NCBI GenBank assembly: GCA_000708835.1
Contig: DF236970.1
Location: 1 to 64,000, forward strand
Direction of reading: 5' to 3'
Length of the DNA stretch: 64,000 nt
Source: Klebsormidium nitens
Taxonomy: Eukaryota; Plantae; Klebsormidiophyceae
In this document: positions 34,876 to 48,100 of the stretch, piece after piece
How the letters are laid out: each line of letters begins with the position of its first letter
How positions within the stretch are numbered: position 1 is the stretch's first letter
Made by a program: the position numbers and the translations under genes
The notes under the pieces: model-generated
Seen by the model: the letters and a program-made list of their open reading frames with translations, nothing else
What the model was told of the DNA's origin: nothing
Databases searched by the model: none

Positions 34876-36260
34876 CTTCTCAAACTTAGAATGGACATCC
34901 TAGGCGTGCCTTTAGGACTGGTCAGTCAAGCATTCAGAGCATACTTTGAAGGGTTAAAGCATTCAAAGCGTACTTCGAAACCTGAAAACCCTGTTTAGGT
35001 TCTTCAGAGTCGTTAGACATGCGGCATACATAGCTTCAGTGTGTGAGTATGCAGGCCCGTATTAAAACTGCATACGGATAAAGCCTGAAAACACGTTCAC
35101 GTATGCCATCATTGAGAAGCCGATCACTGGCCAGTAGCTAACGTGGCTGGCTCGTGACTCTGGATACGATAGAGCTCATAAGCGAGTCATCTCACGGCCC
35201 AGCAACTCATTTGCAGTCGAACCAACTTGACTTTATCAGACACTGCACTGATGGCACGCAGATATCTCACCACCCAGATGGGATGACGGAAATCGAGTCA
35301 GAATTGACCGAGCACACCAACGAGCTTTGCAACAGATCCGCGTTCTGCAGTCTGATCCTACAAGTATGTGCCATGACAAAGATTACATGATAGTCTCGAT
35401 CCCATGAGAGCTGCAATTGCATGTACAATTGGAGGGAGGATATAAGAGATTACGCAGCGCGCCTGGTTGGGAGATGTCTAGCTCGGGCCATCTTTTACCT
35501 TTCGCGGCATCATGCAACTTTCCAGCGATGAGCCGCGCTGATGTCACATTACTTGATTTCAATGTTATCTTCCATCTATTGCCGCAAGCCTGGAAGTTCA
35601 GCGCAGATGGTGCACTATAAATGTGTTTCAAACATGCAAGCTCTGAGCTATTCTTGATTTCTGCATGGACTTATAGCTTCTGTTTCATGATCAGCGCGAA
35701 GAGCATGGCTGCAGTCCCTTTGAGCAGCTATTAATATCTGTCTATTCTTCCGGACAATTCTCCAGTAATCGTCTCGTCTCATGATGCTTTCAATCTCTTC
35801 TGACTAGGGCTCTTGTAACGACAGTCCTTCGCAATCCTAGAAGACGAAACCAGGCTGACTGCGGCGGCGCGTGCTATATCAATGGCATGGAAGATGGGTT
35901 CCATGACTATCTTCGCTGTCACTTCGATGTTGGACTTCTCTATTTCGCTGAACCTAAGGTACAAACATCTTTTGGCCAATCTCGTTTTACGTCTCGCCCG
36001 GTCGGACGAGCTAGCGACGTCGAAGGTGCAACCATCTATTGTCCGACTTCCAGCCGCATGACTGGAAGCGTCTCGCTTTGTTTGCATCACCTCGACCTAA
36101 CCAAGGGCTACTTTTGGACGTTTCAGAAACTGTTCACCTTCTTTCAAGACCGGTAGCTTCGTCCACAAAACCAAAGACCGACAGACTTCGCGACGAACCG
36201 AGCGTCCCGAGTGCAGACAAAGCCCCATGCTTTCGTCGTGACTTTCGACTCTCGACGTCG

Positions 36261-39200
36261 TTATTTCTTTTCCTGGCCAAGCAACCCCTTCTCCTCGTCG
36301 ACGTCGAACCCCTTCTCTTTCACCACCACGACTTTGCTACTCTCCGCAACGGTGTCTCGAGCGCGTTTTGTCTCCTTAACCCAGTCTGTCCGCAAAACGA
36401 AGATCAAAACCAGGAGGGTTTGGAAGGCTTGCGCGGCGCCCTGGCCCATCCACATCCCCTTGAGCCCCGCGCGGAAGTAAAAGGCGAACAAAAGCGCAGA
36501 CGGCAGGCCTACTCCATAGTATGCAATCATGTTTATGGTCGCCGTAACCCCCGGGCGCGCAACCCCGCGCATAACTCCGCCCAGCGGCCCCTGGAGCATG
36601 TCCAAAAACTGGCTAACCGCGAAATACGGGACTAACCCGGCTATCAGCGTGACGAAACCCGGGTCGGTGGAGAACAACAAGGGGACTTTGTTCCTTAACC
36701 CGATCAACCCGGAAGTGAAGACGACGCTCGCGCACACCGCGCACGCCATGGCCACGTGGGCCGCGAGGCGCGCGGCCGCGGGGCGCGCGGCGCCCAGCTC
36801 GTTGCTGACACGTGTCGCGACGGCGTTCATCAGGGAGACGGGGACCATGAAGCAGACGCTGCTGATGTTGAAGCAGACGGCCATAGCGGAAACGGCGAGC
36901 TCCGGGTTCTGCGGTAACCACATAAAGGTTAAGGGACTTGAGCTCCCGGTTCAGCCGGTGACAGAACAAACGTCGAGATTACTTAGGGGCTGATTCCAGA
37001 GCTTTAGGGTTTCAGTTTGGGGTTTCGAGGGGTTTTCGTGAGTTTGTGGAGTTCGAGGCTTTGAAGGCGAAAGACGTTGAAGGCGACAATGGAAGGCAGC
37101 TACTAAGGGCAGCGTTTATCAGCCAGGTGCTAGATTTTCGGAAAGTTTGAAACAAAGTAGGGGACTGCGAATCACGCAAGCTAAGACTTTAGATAGCGCG
37201 AGGCCTGGGAGTTCGACGGACTAACCGGACTGCAAAACCTTGTCCCTTGAACGGGGGCACGCAAGGACCCAGGTGGTTAGAATCAAACTCAAGTCGTCAG
37301 TCATAAGATCGAACGAAGTTTTGTATCCTCCTCTGCAGCAATTGAGAAGATGTCAGCGTTCCGCAAGAAGGAAAAGCTAGATCACGTCGAAGTCGTTGCA
37401 ACTCTCAGCTCTAGGTTTCGGCGGAAAGATTATACAAAAGAGCGGGCGGATCCGCTCACCGGAAGGAGCCCCGCCGCCAGCATGAGAATTTCGAAGGACC
37501 ACCACTCGAGGCAGAGCGACAGCATCGATGGGAAGCCAAGCCTGCAAGAAGATCGAACGGTTCAAGATTGGTCTACGTTTAAGCTCAGCTTTGATCGGCG
37601 AGACGTGAAAATCGGTTTTGTTGGTCGAGACGCGGTTTGGAGACAATGGAGGGATGAGCTTTCGGGGGGACCCACTGTCGTTCAAACCCTGGGGTCTCCT
37701 ATCCATGCTTGGCAAGACTCAACTTTTAGCAAGAAAGTGCATCCGAAAAACGAAGGGAGAAAGGGCCTGAAACGGATTCCGGGTTGCTGATGCAAGTGTC
37801 AAAGCCAATCCGTTTTACATCTGACATAAACCCCCAAAAGCGTACTCAAACATCGACTATAAGGCAGAAGACAATTGATGATAGACGGCGAAGTCCGCCG
37901 TGTGACTCAAACGAAGCCCTCCGTAGCTAAGGCAACCTTGAGGCCGGATTGACTCTCGTCGACAAAGCGTCTTCAGACACAGAGAAAAACAAATTATAAG
38001 CCAAACAAGAAAGTGACCTAGAAAAGCTCACCTCAGAAACGGTCCCCAGTTGCTAAACGCGATCTTGAAGCTAAATCCGTCCCACGTCTTCTTATATAGG
38101 CCGGAAAGGCAGATATAAGTCGCCATCATGACGAGAGTGCAGAGGCTCATGACGAATTGCGCCAGAGGGATTCCGAAGGCGCCCCAGCGGAACACGAAGA
38201 CGAACAGCAAGCAGAGCGGAATGAAGAACAGGAACGGAATGAGCTGGCAGATGAAGACCGGAAAGGTCGAGCCCTGCGCAAGCGGAAGAGAAGGGAGTCA
38301 GGAAAGTGTGGGGCCAGCAGACGACGACAGAAGTTAGAAGAAAGTAGATTCGTGCCCCTGAGAACGCAGGGACAATAAGTTGCTTTCGACGGATTGTTCG
38401 ATACGTTTCTGGAAAGACACGGAGTTCCGTGTATCGTCGCAACCCGCAAAGGTCGCACGTAATGCATCGCAGACTGGCGCTGCAGAATGTTGACCCTGTA
38501 ATTTAACGGGCCCGAGAGAGCGGAATGAAGAACGGAACGGAACGAGCTGGCCAAGCAAAAGGGGAGATATTAGGCCCTGCGCAGGTGAAATAAAGGGAAT
38601 GATGATAGCGTGAGAGCAGCAGACGGACAATTGGCGTTGATCCATAAGAGCAAACAGTGCGGAACGACGAACAGAACGGAACGAGCTGACTGACAACAAT
38701 CTTTCTTAAGGACGTCAGGCGCTCCAGGGCGATGCAAATGAGGTGAGCTGATACACAGATCACAATCTCAGTATGAGAGTTCGTGCCCGTGAGGAATCCT
38801 TTGTCGGAATAAGCACAACGGCTCATCAGAAGAACCGGTAACACTTGACATGATCAAGCTGACTGCTTTTCCATCAGTCGAGAAGTCGAAGTGACTGCCT
38901 CTCCATCAGTTGGAAAGTCGAAGTGCACAGCGCAAATGGTGCCCGGTCCTCGACAAAGACGAGATCAAGGGCTGGCATCGCGATCGAGTTCATCGAGAAA
39001 ACAGTCTCAATGCGTGACCCCAAAGGTGCATACCCTTTCTCAAAACGCAGACTTTCTGAAGCGGGCTTTTTACCTGCGCCTTCATGAACAACCGCAGCGG
39101 GAAACGCAGGCAGAGGACGAGCAGCCCCGGAATCAGGTACCGAATGTACATCCCCGCTTGGTGGGCGATATCTTTATGCTGGCCAATGCTCGTGAGGATC

Positions 39201-40768
39201 CATTCGGTGTTGAGCCAGAGAACTAGGATGGGCAGCGAAAGCGTGAGAAGAACCGCCCAGCCCCGCTGCAACGCGTGGCCGACAATGTGGTACTGCTTCG
39301 CGCCGAATGCCTGGCCCATGATTGGATCGAGGCCGATCCCCATGCCGATCACGATACTGCGCGAAAGGAAAGAGGGGAAGCGTTTGCAATGGTTCCAAAA
39401 GTGCGGGGAAGGATTTTACATAGATGGGCCGGAAAGACATGGACTGCGGAAAACGGAAGTTTCTTGTAAGATGGCCCCAGGGGGGGTTTTGCAGCGAATG
39501 CAGGCTCTGGGAAAGAGGTTCAACCAGTACGGTTTGACAAGCTGCTCGACTGCCCACCTTGTGATCCGTCGAAGGGACAAAGGGCCAACGAACAAAAGGC
39601 CAGTTTTAACAGCATGACAAATAAGCAAAGGGGCATGGCCTCGTTTAAGGGCTGTCTCGAAGCAGGCCCCCTTCCCTTCGGAAAAAGGGCTCCCTGCTGA
39701 TTGATAAATCGTGTCAGATCAGTCTCCCTTTCCAAAACAAAAACGAAAGAAGGTATCTGTTTGATCAATTGGACTGAACTCAAATCGTGATTTTTAGAGT
39801 TATGGGCTTCAGCTAACTGCCCGATTGCTGGAGCATTGAACAAGATGTTATAGGCTCCTCTGAAAATAGAAATTGACCATCAATGTGATGATCCACAAGA
39901 TGCTTCACACAACTGTTCATCCGTCGCACTTCGCCCATCGTCAAAGGCCACTGCAAAACCGACTCGCCTTTTGTACCGCCTGATCCCGCCAACATCATTC
40001 CTCTTGTATTTCGGAGCAGCGAGACTAATGTTTGACTGCCCAACTTCAGTCAATTATCACCTTCCAACGAAACCTCCAGTCAAGTATCACCTTTTTCGAA
40101 AAGCTCTTTTCAACTCGACACACCAAAATAAGATATGCTACACCCACTCACCTGTCTCCGCAAATGTTGCCAAGCGAGATGGCGAGTGCGCCCCCGGCCA
40201 GCTCTTTTCTCCCCAGATGCCCCAAGAAAGCCATGGAGATAATCCCTTGGGAGCTGTAGAGTGCATTCACACCAAGTAGCGGCAGGGCCATCCGGAGCAG
40301 CCGCCGCAGCTCTGCGAATGCCTCCGTCCGGGGGGGGTAAGCAGGGTAGGCCGCGACGTCAGGTTCAGGGTCCGCTGACATCACCAAACCCGCCCCCGTC
40401 TCTAATGACGTCAGCAGGGCTTCCCGATCGCCGTCTCCGTCATCTGAGCCGTCCCAGAAGGCGTCGCTATCCACCTTTGGGTTCAAGTCGAAGGTGGGGG
40501 TTGCAGGCTTCGACTTTTGCGCTATATTGTCGGCAGTCCTGAACTTCATCCAGGGGACCTGGTTCTCTTTGTCAAGGTCTGTGCTAACCGTAGGCGGGGT
40601 TACAGCGCTTGCCCGAGGCGCAGCTTCTATTCGAAACGTGGACTGATGGGTGAAACCTCGTGGTGACGCCCCGGCAAGCCTGTTCCGGGGGGTGGATATG
40701 TGTGCCACATTGGCCCCCCGTTCTGCTAGGCTGAGAGCAGGGAGGCTTGCACCAGCATTTCGGTCCAT
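36261..40768 (-). CDS. MATE (DTX-type) efflux transporter; 5 exons, with a ~130-aa low-complexity N-terminal extension
   Basis: Exons 40768-40152, 39356-39074, 38273-38032, 37541-37460 and 36908-36261. Motifs: ELRRLLRMALP, FLGHLGRKELAGGALA, GLDPIMGQAFGAKQY, PSMLSLCLEWWSFEIL, AVATRVSNELGA, QGPLGGVMRG, IAYYGVGLP and GMWMG. Confidence 0.93.
38200..38700 (-). repeat. Two echo copies of the start of MATE exon 3
   Basis: On the minus strand, cagctc(a/g)ttccgttc.(t)gttc..c.ttccgc occurs at about 38240 (functional), 38540 (with its own cgcag|ggc acceptor) and 38680. The echoes contain frameshifting indels. Confidence 0.8.
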
Positions 40769-42154
40769 TGTGCAACTATCAGCAGGTCCTTCAGACCTTC
40801 TGTTGAACAGACACTTGTGTGCCGCTCAACTAGCTCCAACTGGAGTGTCTGTGCGGGTAAAACGGGTTGTGTGCTGTGCAAAGACTACCAGTTTGTGGCC
40901 TTGATGTAGTTGCGCTCTAAACACTTGTATAACATCTGTATAAAAGAGGATGAAGGCTTGAGCTAATTATCAATGTGAGCCTGCCCCTGACACACTACAC
41001 AACTTTGCGAAGACGAGGGCGCAATCATATGGGCGCCCAAGCTTTTATGAAGCTGATGAACTATATATTGTCTACACGGCAACTAAGTGCATCAACATGG
41101 TCCACTTAAGCTCAACTTTAAGCTCAAAGGGCATAAAGCAGACGACAAAAGAATCACCTCGACTGAGTATAAGCGCCCACCAATCAGTGCCACGAGGAAG
41201 CATCTTACATCAACTGATCCTTCAGTAATCGGTTTAGGAAAGTGCAACCATAAGGTTTTCCACCCGCATGCATTGATCTCGATTCCTCCTCACAAAAGAT
41301 ACACTTAGATGTGCTCACCCGTACAATCAAATACGATACCCTTTCTATGAATGAAGCAGAACTGTTCAAAGTAATAGACTCTCTGTCACTCACTTTGCAG
41401 CTGAGCACTGATGGCCCGCCCCTCTTCGTGCTTTGCGGTTGACTCGCCACTCAGCACAACGCCGCCACAGATGTAGCTCAGTCGGCAAAGCCCTTGTGCT
41501 GGAGAAACCGAACCAATCATGTGTTTTCAGCAGGTGCATTGGAGTTGGCAGCTTAGCTGTCTGGTTAAGGTGACCAAAATGACAAAGATGGTGATCTTTT
41601 CTCCCCCCTGCCAGCTCATGCAATCCGATGGCGGGCAGCAAATATCTTCCGCCCTTGAACCTAGGTAAGCTTGAATGATCTACCTACTCACTTCTAGTGT
41701 AGGTTTACCTATCTGGAAAGTGATTCAGCAATTTCAGCTGAATCAATCTGGAGTCTGCCAAAGTTCTTGTTGAAGCTTTTCTCATGGCTTTGTACCGGTA
41801 GCCCTTTCCTAGCCCTTTTGCCGTGTGTACATTATGTATGACTGAACACGCACAATTTTGTGAGCAGGGAACGTACCCGTGACGGGATTGTATCCAAGCT
41901 TGAACGCGCTCGCGCGCAAAACGTTGAGCCAATCGCTGTGTTCCTTTGCTGTCGGTAACGTCACCTGTACGCTTTTGCACTTGCCGCGTGGCCGTGCTTT
42001 TTCAGCGCGGGAAGAACTAGGGTGAGCTCTAAAACCCCCTAGCGACAGATCATGTGACCTTTGGCACTCTCTGGCTGGCTTCTCTCAGTCTGAGTCAGGC
42101 CCGCTGGATTGCCAGGGAAGACGGAACTTCTTGCTAAGCATTTTACAAGATCAG

Positions 42155-45100
42155 ATGGCGGCCATGGCGCACGTCGCGAGCTTTCTGCTTCTGTGGTCCC
42201 TCCTGGTTTGCATAGCCGCAGAACCCCTGCGCTTGAGCGTATCTATCTCAAGGACAGAGTCTGGTGAGATCAAGGTGTCGGAGGTGCCAAATGGCGGGGA
42301 AGATCATGCGTGCGCTTCAGGCGTGTATCAAGTAAGTTGCATTGATTGAAGGCATGTAAGAAGGCTGTTTCTCAAGGAGGTGGTTGCTTCTTGATCTGCC
42401 TTTCAGATCCACATCAGAAGGTCTGCCTTTTACCACCACCTAATTTATCAGACTGATCAGTTGTAGATGCCCCCAGTGAAAATGAGTGGAGCTCTTTGTA
42501 GCCAACCTGGGCGGTTGTGGATTGTCAGGTGCCTGCCTGCTTCTTCCTGATTGCATCGAAACGCTCTTACTGAGAGGAGCCGTAGTGCTAGAGTCCTCTT
42601 GGTAAAAAGTGTATGTATTGTGGGCTCTTGTACCTGGATGTGACTTTGATCTGGGGGGTCTGCCACTAGTTTGATGACAGGTAGCCCTTTCAGGAGGTTA
42701 CCCTTAAGTAGATGATTCTGTTGCATGGATGTATCATCTTGCCAAATAGAGCAACTTCTCTGTCTTTTACATCTTGAAATCCTGTTAACTGTCGTCATGC
42801 CCTCAGGTGCTGCCGCATGCTGTTTTCCGTTGAAGTCATGTTCACAGCATTACGCATGCCCCCCGTCCCCCTCTTTTGCTAAATCCGAGTATCACATCGT
42901 TCAAAAGCACTATGCCCCGTCGATCAAGTTCGTCAGATTCGCAGAGGTCCTTCCCGAACACCTGAAGAAGTATCCAGTCCTATCATCAATCCGTGAACGT
43001 CGACCTCTGGGGAATCCATACACGAACAAGGCCCTCGTGATCCCAGTGATTCGGAGATACAACTCACTGGAAGGAAGTTGCCCCCTCCTTGGCCCAACTG
43101 ACTTCCATCTTCTCTGAGGCCCTGTAAAACGATTCTTCTTTTCCAGAGAGAGTACACCAACCTGGGCTGGAACTTCCTACAAATCACCACCGGGGCCTCC
43201 TGCCCCGACCCCGACCAAGCCTATGCCGCCGGCTTTGTCGAAGGCGCACTTACGTGGGAGATGACGTGGGATCACTGGCAAAACACCAAAGATGCGCTGA
43301 GTGCTAGCGACGAGCTGCCGGCGTTTCTCGCCGCGAACGACAAGTACGTGAGCGGGGAGATTGCGGCGGAGCATCTGAACAGCAGCGAGGCATTTTGGTG
43401 GCAGGTGCGTGGCGCACGGAATGCTTGGATTATGCTTTATTGGATTATCAAACTCGATTGTCATCCGCCCGAGCTTAGCATCTGGACCATTTACTTGGCC
43501 CTCCTCAGTTGGCTCGTAACACCTCCGTTGTTTTTCCTTGACTGCTTCAGGACTTGTTGACGGGACTGCGCTTGAGCCATAAAACCCCCGAACTTTGCGG
43601 CCTTGTGGATCTCAAAAGAAGTCATCAGCATGCCCTCCGAGCCCGCTCAAACCGTAGTGCTACCTGCGGTCACACTGTAGGAGCAAATCTTGGAGTCTTT
43701 GATGACTGAGGGACGAGTGTGAGGACCGCTGGCGGCATTGCATTAAAAACAGCTGCCCAGGGGCGCCCTTCTGACGGATTGGTGGTCACAGTTTGAGGTG
43801 CAAGGGCGGAAGCCACCTTTTGAGGGCCATTCGAAACGAAACGGGTTGTACAGCATCTCACTTTAAGTATGTTCAGACTCAGAACGCCAAAACTTTCTAT
43901 CCAGTTGTGAGAGCACACGTCGAACCTGTGTCTTTCTCCAGGTCAGTCTGGTGTTCAAGTACTTAAAGGCAGTCGGACGTCCAGATTGGCCGCGACATAC
44001 TGCGCATTATGCATTTCCAAGGGCGGTTGGCGCCGGAGTAGTTCATGGGCGGAGAAATTTGAAGTTCCCCAGACTCTTGCGTACAGAAATGGCCAGGAAT
44101 CCATTCGGAAATCTGGGACCTCGTTGTAGTCCAGGTCAGTCTGGTACTCGAACAGCTTAAGAGTCCAGAAATGTCGAAATTTTTTCCTACCCAATCACGA
44201 AATCACGAATTCTCGGACCTCTTTCTTTATCCTGGTCAATCCAGTCTTGGGATTGAACAGCTCGAGAGGCTCAAGAGCAGTCTGCAAATTTGGACCTCAA
44301 TTTTTCTTTCAGGTCAGTCTGGTGCTCGAACAGCTCAAGGGGCTCGCGGCAGGGTATAATTCATACGCGTCGACCAGCAAGAAGCTGACGCTCGACGATT
44401 TCTTGCGGATGAACAGCGACGGAGACTTTTACGACCTCATCCCGGCGCTAAAGCTAAAGAAGAAAGGTGAGTTTGGTATCATGCTAGGCGGTAAGAGTGA
44501 GTGCGACGTTTTACTCGTGTTTCTTAGGTCGGGGATGGTTCTGGGCGCATTCCTACCTCTGGAACTCTAGAAGAAGGACCATTAGATGTAGGCGAAGGTT
44601 CCACTCTTCTTATGGAGGGCAGGGTTCAGGATGGCGGGTTCGCTTCGCTTTGGGTTCCGCTAGTGTCGGACAAGTTCAAAGGATTGTACGCGGGCTTGTC
44701 CGACTTAATTCAGAAACTGCCAGACATTTGAGGACCTGAAAGGCGGGCAAATCTCGCAGTTCATATGAGCTGACCTGAGGGGTGCCTCTCATAAAACATA
44801 ATTGGCGGATTAGGTTGGATTCAACGCACCCTCTCCCGCTGCGTCAATGCTCCTTCGAGGTCCTGACGCCCTTCGAAACGACCAGGACCACTCAACCGCC
44901 CATTCGTCGGCCAATGGGTTCTGGTACGCATTCCACCATTTACACTCGGCTTAAAATCCATCAAGGCCCCTTCCTTACTCCATTATTCCCATTCTGATTA
45001 TTTTCCTTTCTAACGGTTAACCGCCTTGAGCCTCATTTTGCTTGCATCTTGGTTTGTCGGACCTTTGACAAGACGAGTTTTGTAAACCCGGTTTCGATGC

Positions 45101-48100
45101 AGACTCGGTTGGTGGACATCTCGCCCGCAAGTTTGGGGCGCTCCGCCAGACGGTCGAGCGGACTCTCGGCATCAATACCGGACGGACGGAACCCAACGTC
45201 AACTTTGACGACGAGGACCTCACACTGCGCGGGCAGCAAAAGTGCTCCGCTCTAGTTAAGGTGGGTCTCCGTTTCCTGGACTGACTCGAGTATGCAGTGG
45301 GTAAAGTGACGAAGTTGGTTTTGGTTGGGTCTGATTGCTGCATCTGCGTCGCATTCTTGGAGATTCAAATCTGCAGTGGAGAATGCTAAAATGACGGACG
45401 GTGGTTATGGTTGGATCCGATCGCGGAATTTGGCGCGGCAACCTTGGACGGATCAGTGCGGGTTAAAGTACGGGTAGAATCTGCGGGTTGATGCACAGGG
45501 TGGTGTACGGAGCAGTGTACGGCTCAATGTCCAGCTTACCGTACGGCTCCATGAGTCCGGTCCCGAAAATCCAAGTTCCAGAGCTGCTGTTGTCTCCGAC
45601 AGCTGTTGCTTTTCGCACATTCAAACCCCATTTGGGTGCCGACAGGACCAGTCTCCCTTTTGCACGCAGATCTGACGTCCTTGTCCACCTAGTTGACGTC
45701 AGCGGCCAATAGGCTTTGACGTTGGCGTCCTGTTGGCTTTGGCCAGTGCTGGACTGAAGGCTTTTGGGTGTAAGGAAGGATCATTAAAGTGCTTGATACT
45801 GACATTTTTCTTTTGCAGGACATGCCCGATTTGAAAGCGTTTGGTTGCAAGCGTAAGGAAGGCATTGTGTGCGTTCTATGTTCAGTATCTGCTCCCACCA
45901 AATGTGCTTAAATCTTACACATTCCTCTTGCAGGTCATGCCCGACTTCTCCGAGATCTTCGTGGCACAGGCGGCGTTCTCTGGTCTTGAGGAGCTTCTCC
46001 GGATTTACAAGTAAGCGCCACGTGTCGCCGTTTTGATGGCCGCCTTTCGGCGAGCAGTCGGATGAGCAGAGGGGTGTTGGGACCGGAGGGCCCTTCTCTT
46101 ACCTTCTTGTACGCTTCTCCCTTATGTAAACGGGGCCAGAGTGTGCTTCCTCTCGTCGAATTTACAGTGAATTCGAATTCTGGCTTGTACGGGGACTCTG
46201 CTTTGTCCACCCTTTACATTTCGAATGCAACTCTGATCAAAAGTCTCGATTCATAGATGCAGTCCTTGCCCCTTACACTGTCATTGGCGAGGCAGCAGCT
46301 AAAATGCTGTTACAAGAAGATGAGATTGCGCGGAAAAAGGAGGAAGAAGGTGCATTGACATTTCGGAGTGCGCCTTTTCGAATTTGCATGGCAGCTCATA
46401 TTCATCTAACTGTCGTTATACCGAGTCCTTGACACCGTCCGCTCTTTCCAGGCTGTACGACTTCGCGTTCCACACGACCGCCAAGTCCGCTGACGTCATC
46501 CCCGGGCGGCGCTCCGCCTTCTCGTCGTACCCCGCCCACGTCATTTCGGGCGACGACTTCTACCTCATCAGCTCGGGGATTGTCGCCGTCGAGACGACCA
46601 TCGGGACTTTCAACGACGATCTTTACCGGAATGGTATCACACCGGAAGGATCGGTGAGCCGGCGTGGGGTTCTTAGGATCCTTTGTAGAAGGTTTTGATG
46701 CAGGTTTTCAAACATGCAGGATTTGACGTGCTTGATGTTCGCGGAGGATCCTCTGGGGTGGCATAGTGGTCGACAGTATGGTCCATAGCAGGACGAGGAG
46801 GCTTGACAGATTTGCGTAACGTTGTAGAGTAGTTTGTGGAAGGTTTTTGTGGAGTGTTTTTGTGGAGTGTTTCTGAGTAGCGTTTCTGTAGAGGTTCTCG
46901 TGGAGTGCTTTTGTAGGGTGTTTCTTGCAGAGGTTTCGGATGGAGTTTTGAAAATACTCGACGTCTTGGCGTGGTTTTGATCGATGTCGAATGGTCGGCT
47001 GTGCTTTTGCGCCTTAGAATCGCATGGCGATAGCGCCTGGTAATAGAATCTGGGACTTTGTAACCAAGGCCGAAAGACCCTGACGTAATCGCTTGGACTT
47101 TGTAACCAAGGCCGAAAGACCCTGACGTCATCGCTTGCCCCCTCCGTTGTACGGCTTCGCCCCTACCTTCCAGTTCTGCCGAGTGGCTGCGCAACATTGT
47201 CGTCAAGCGTTTGGTCACGAGCGCCGCCCAGTGGATCTTATATCTTTCCTCGGCACAACAGCGAGATCATTGCCCAAATCACGTGAAACCATCCAAACCT
47301 TCCAAAACCTTCTGCTATGTACTCAGGTGCTGCGCAACAAGGTGGCCAAACAGCTGACGACCAGTGCCGCAGAATTTTCTCGCAGCACAGCAGCGGGCCT
47401 TGAGAAAAATCCCATGCTTCAAGTCGAAATCGACATCAAGAACCAAAAATCACTCCTTCTTGGTCTTTGAACACTCACGCAACATGGTGGCCAATGGGCT
47501 GGCGACCAGAGTTGCAATTGGACCACTATTTCCTTGAACAGCGGGACTGACATTTATCCCCCAAATTAGTAATGTTGACTTTGTATACCCCTATCTTGCA
47601 GGGTTTCGTGTGGCTTCGCAAAATGGTTGCCAATCGACTTGCCGCCCAGTGGACATCCATTTTTGCGCAGCACAACAGCGGGACTTGAAACAACTCGACT
47701 CTTTAAGTTGGAAATTGAGAGCAATTTGACAGCAGAAATTACTCTTTCCAGGTGTTTGAGTGGCTGCGCAACATGGTTGCCAACCGGTTGGCTACGAGCG
47801 CCGAACAGTGGACGTCCATCTTCTCGCAGCACAACAGCGGGACTTACAACAACCAGTGGCTGATTGTTGACTTCAACCTGTTCGAGCCGGGAGAGCCGCT
47901 TAAGGACGGGACATTGTATGTTTTGGAGCAATATCCGGGGTGAGTGTGGATAGGTTCGATTGCTTTTCCCTTGCTGGGACGCTGTTTTACTAGAGCAATA
48001 CTGGGGGTGGGTGTCGCTCTTTTTCACAAATTTGCCTGGAGTGATGCTATTTTCGTATGACACATCGTTGAATACAACCTGTTCGAGCCGGGAGAGCCGC

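Noticed and set aside
36039-39617. Several 110-198-aa plus-strand ORFs
   Set aside because: Antisense to MATE exons.
44527-44735. Open frame VGDGSGRIPTSG.. in PLB intron 3 as an extra exon
   Set aside because: Its acceptor is phase 0 but the preceding donor is phase 1; exon 3 joins 45103 in frame without it.
46673-47218. 181-aa minus-strand ORF with T/P/K-rich repeats
   Set aside because: Translation of an intronic microsatellite and the 42-nt duplication.
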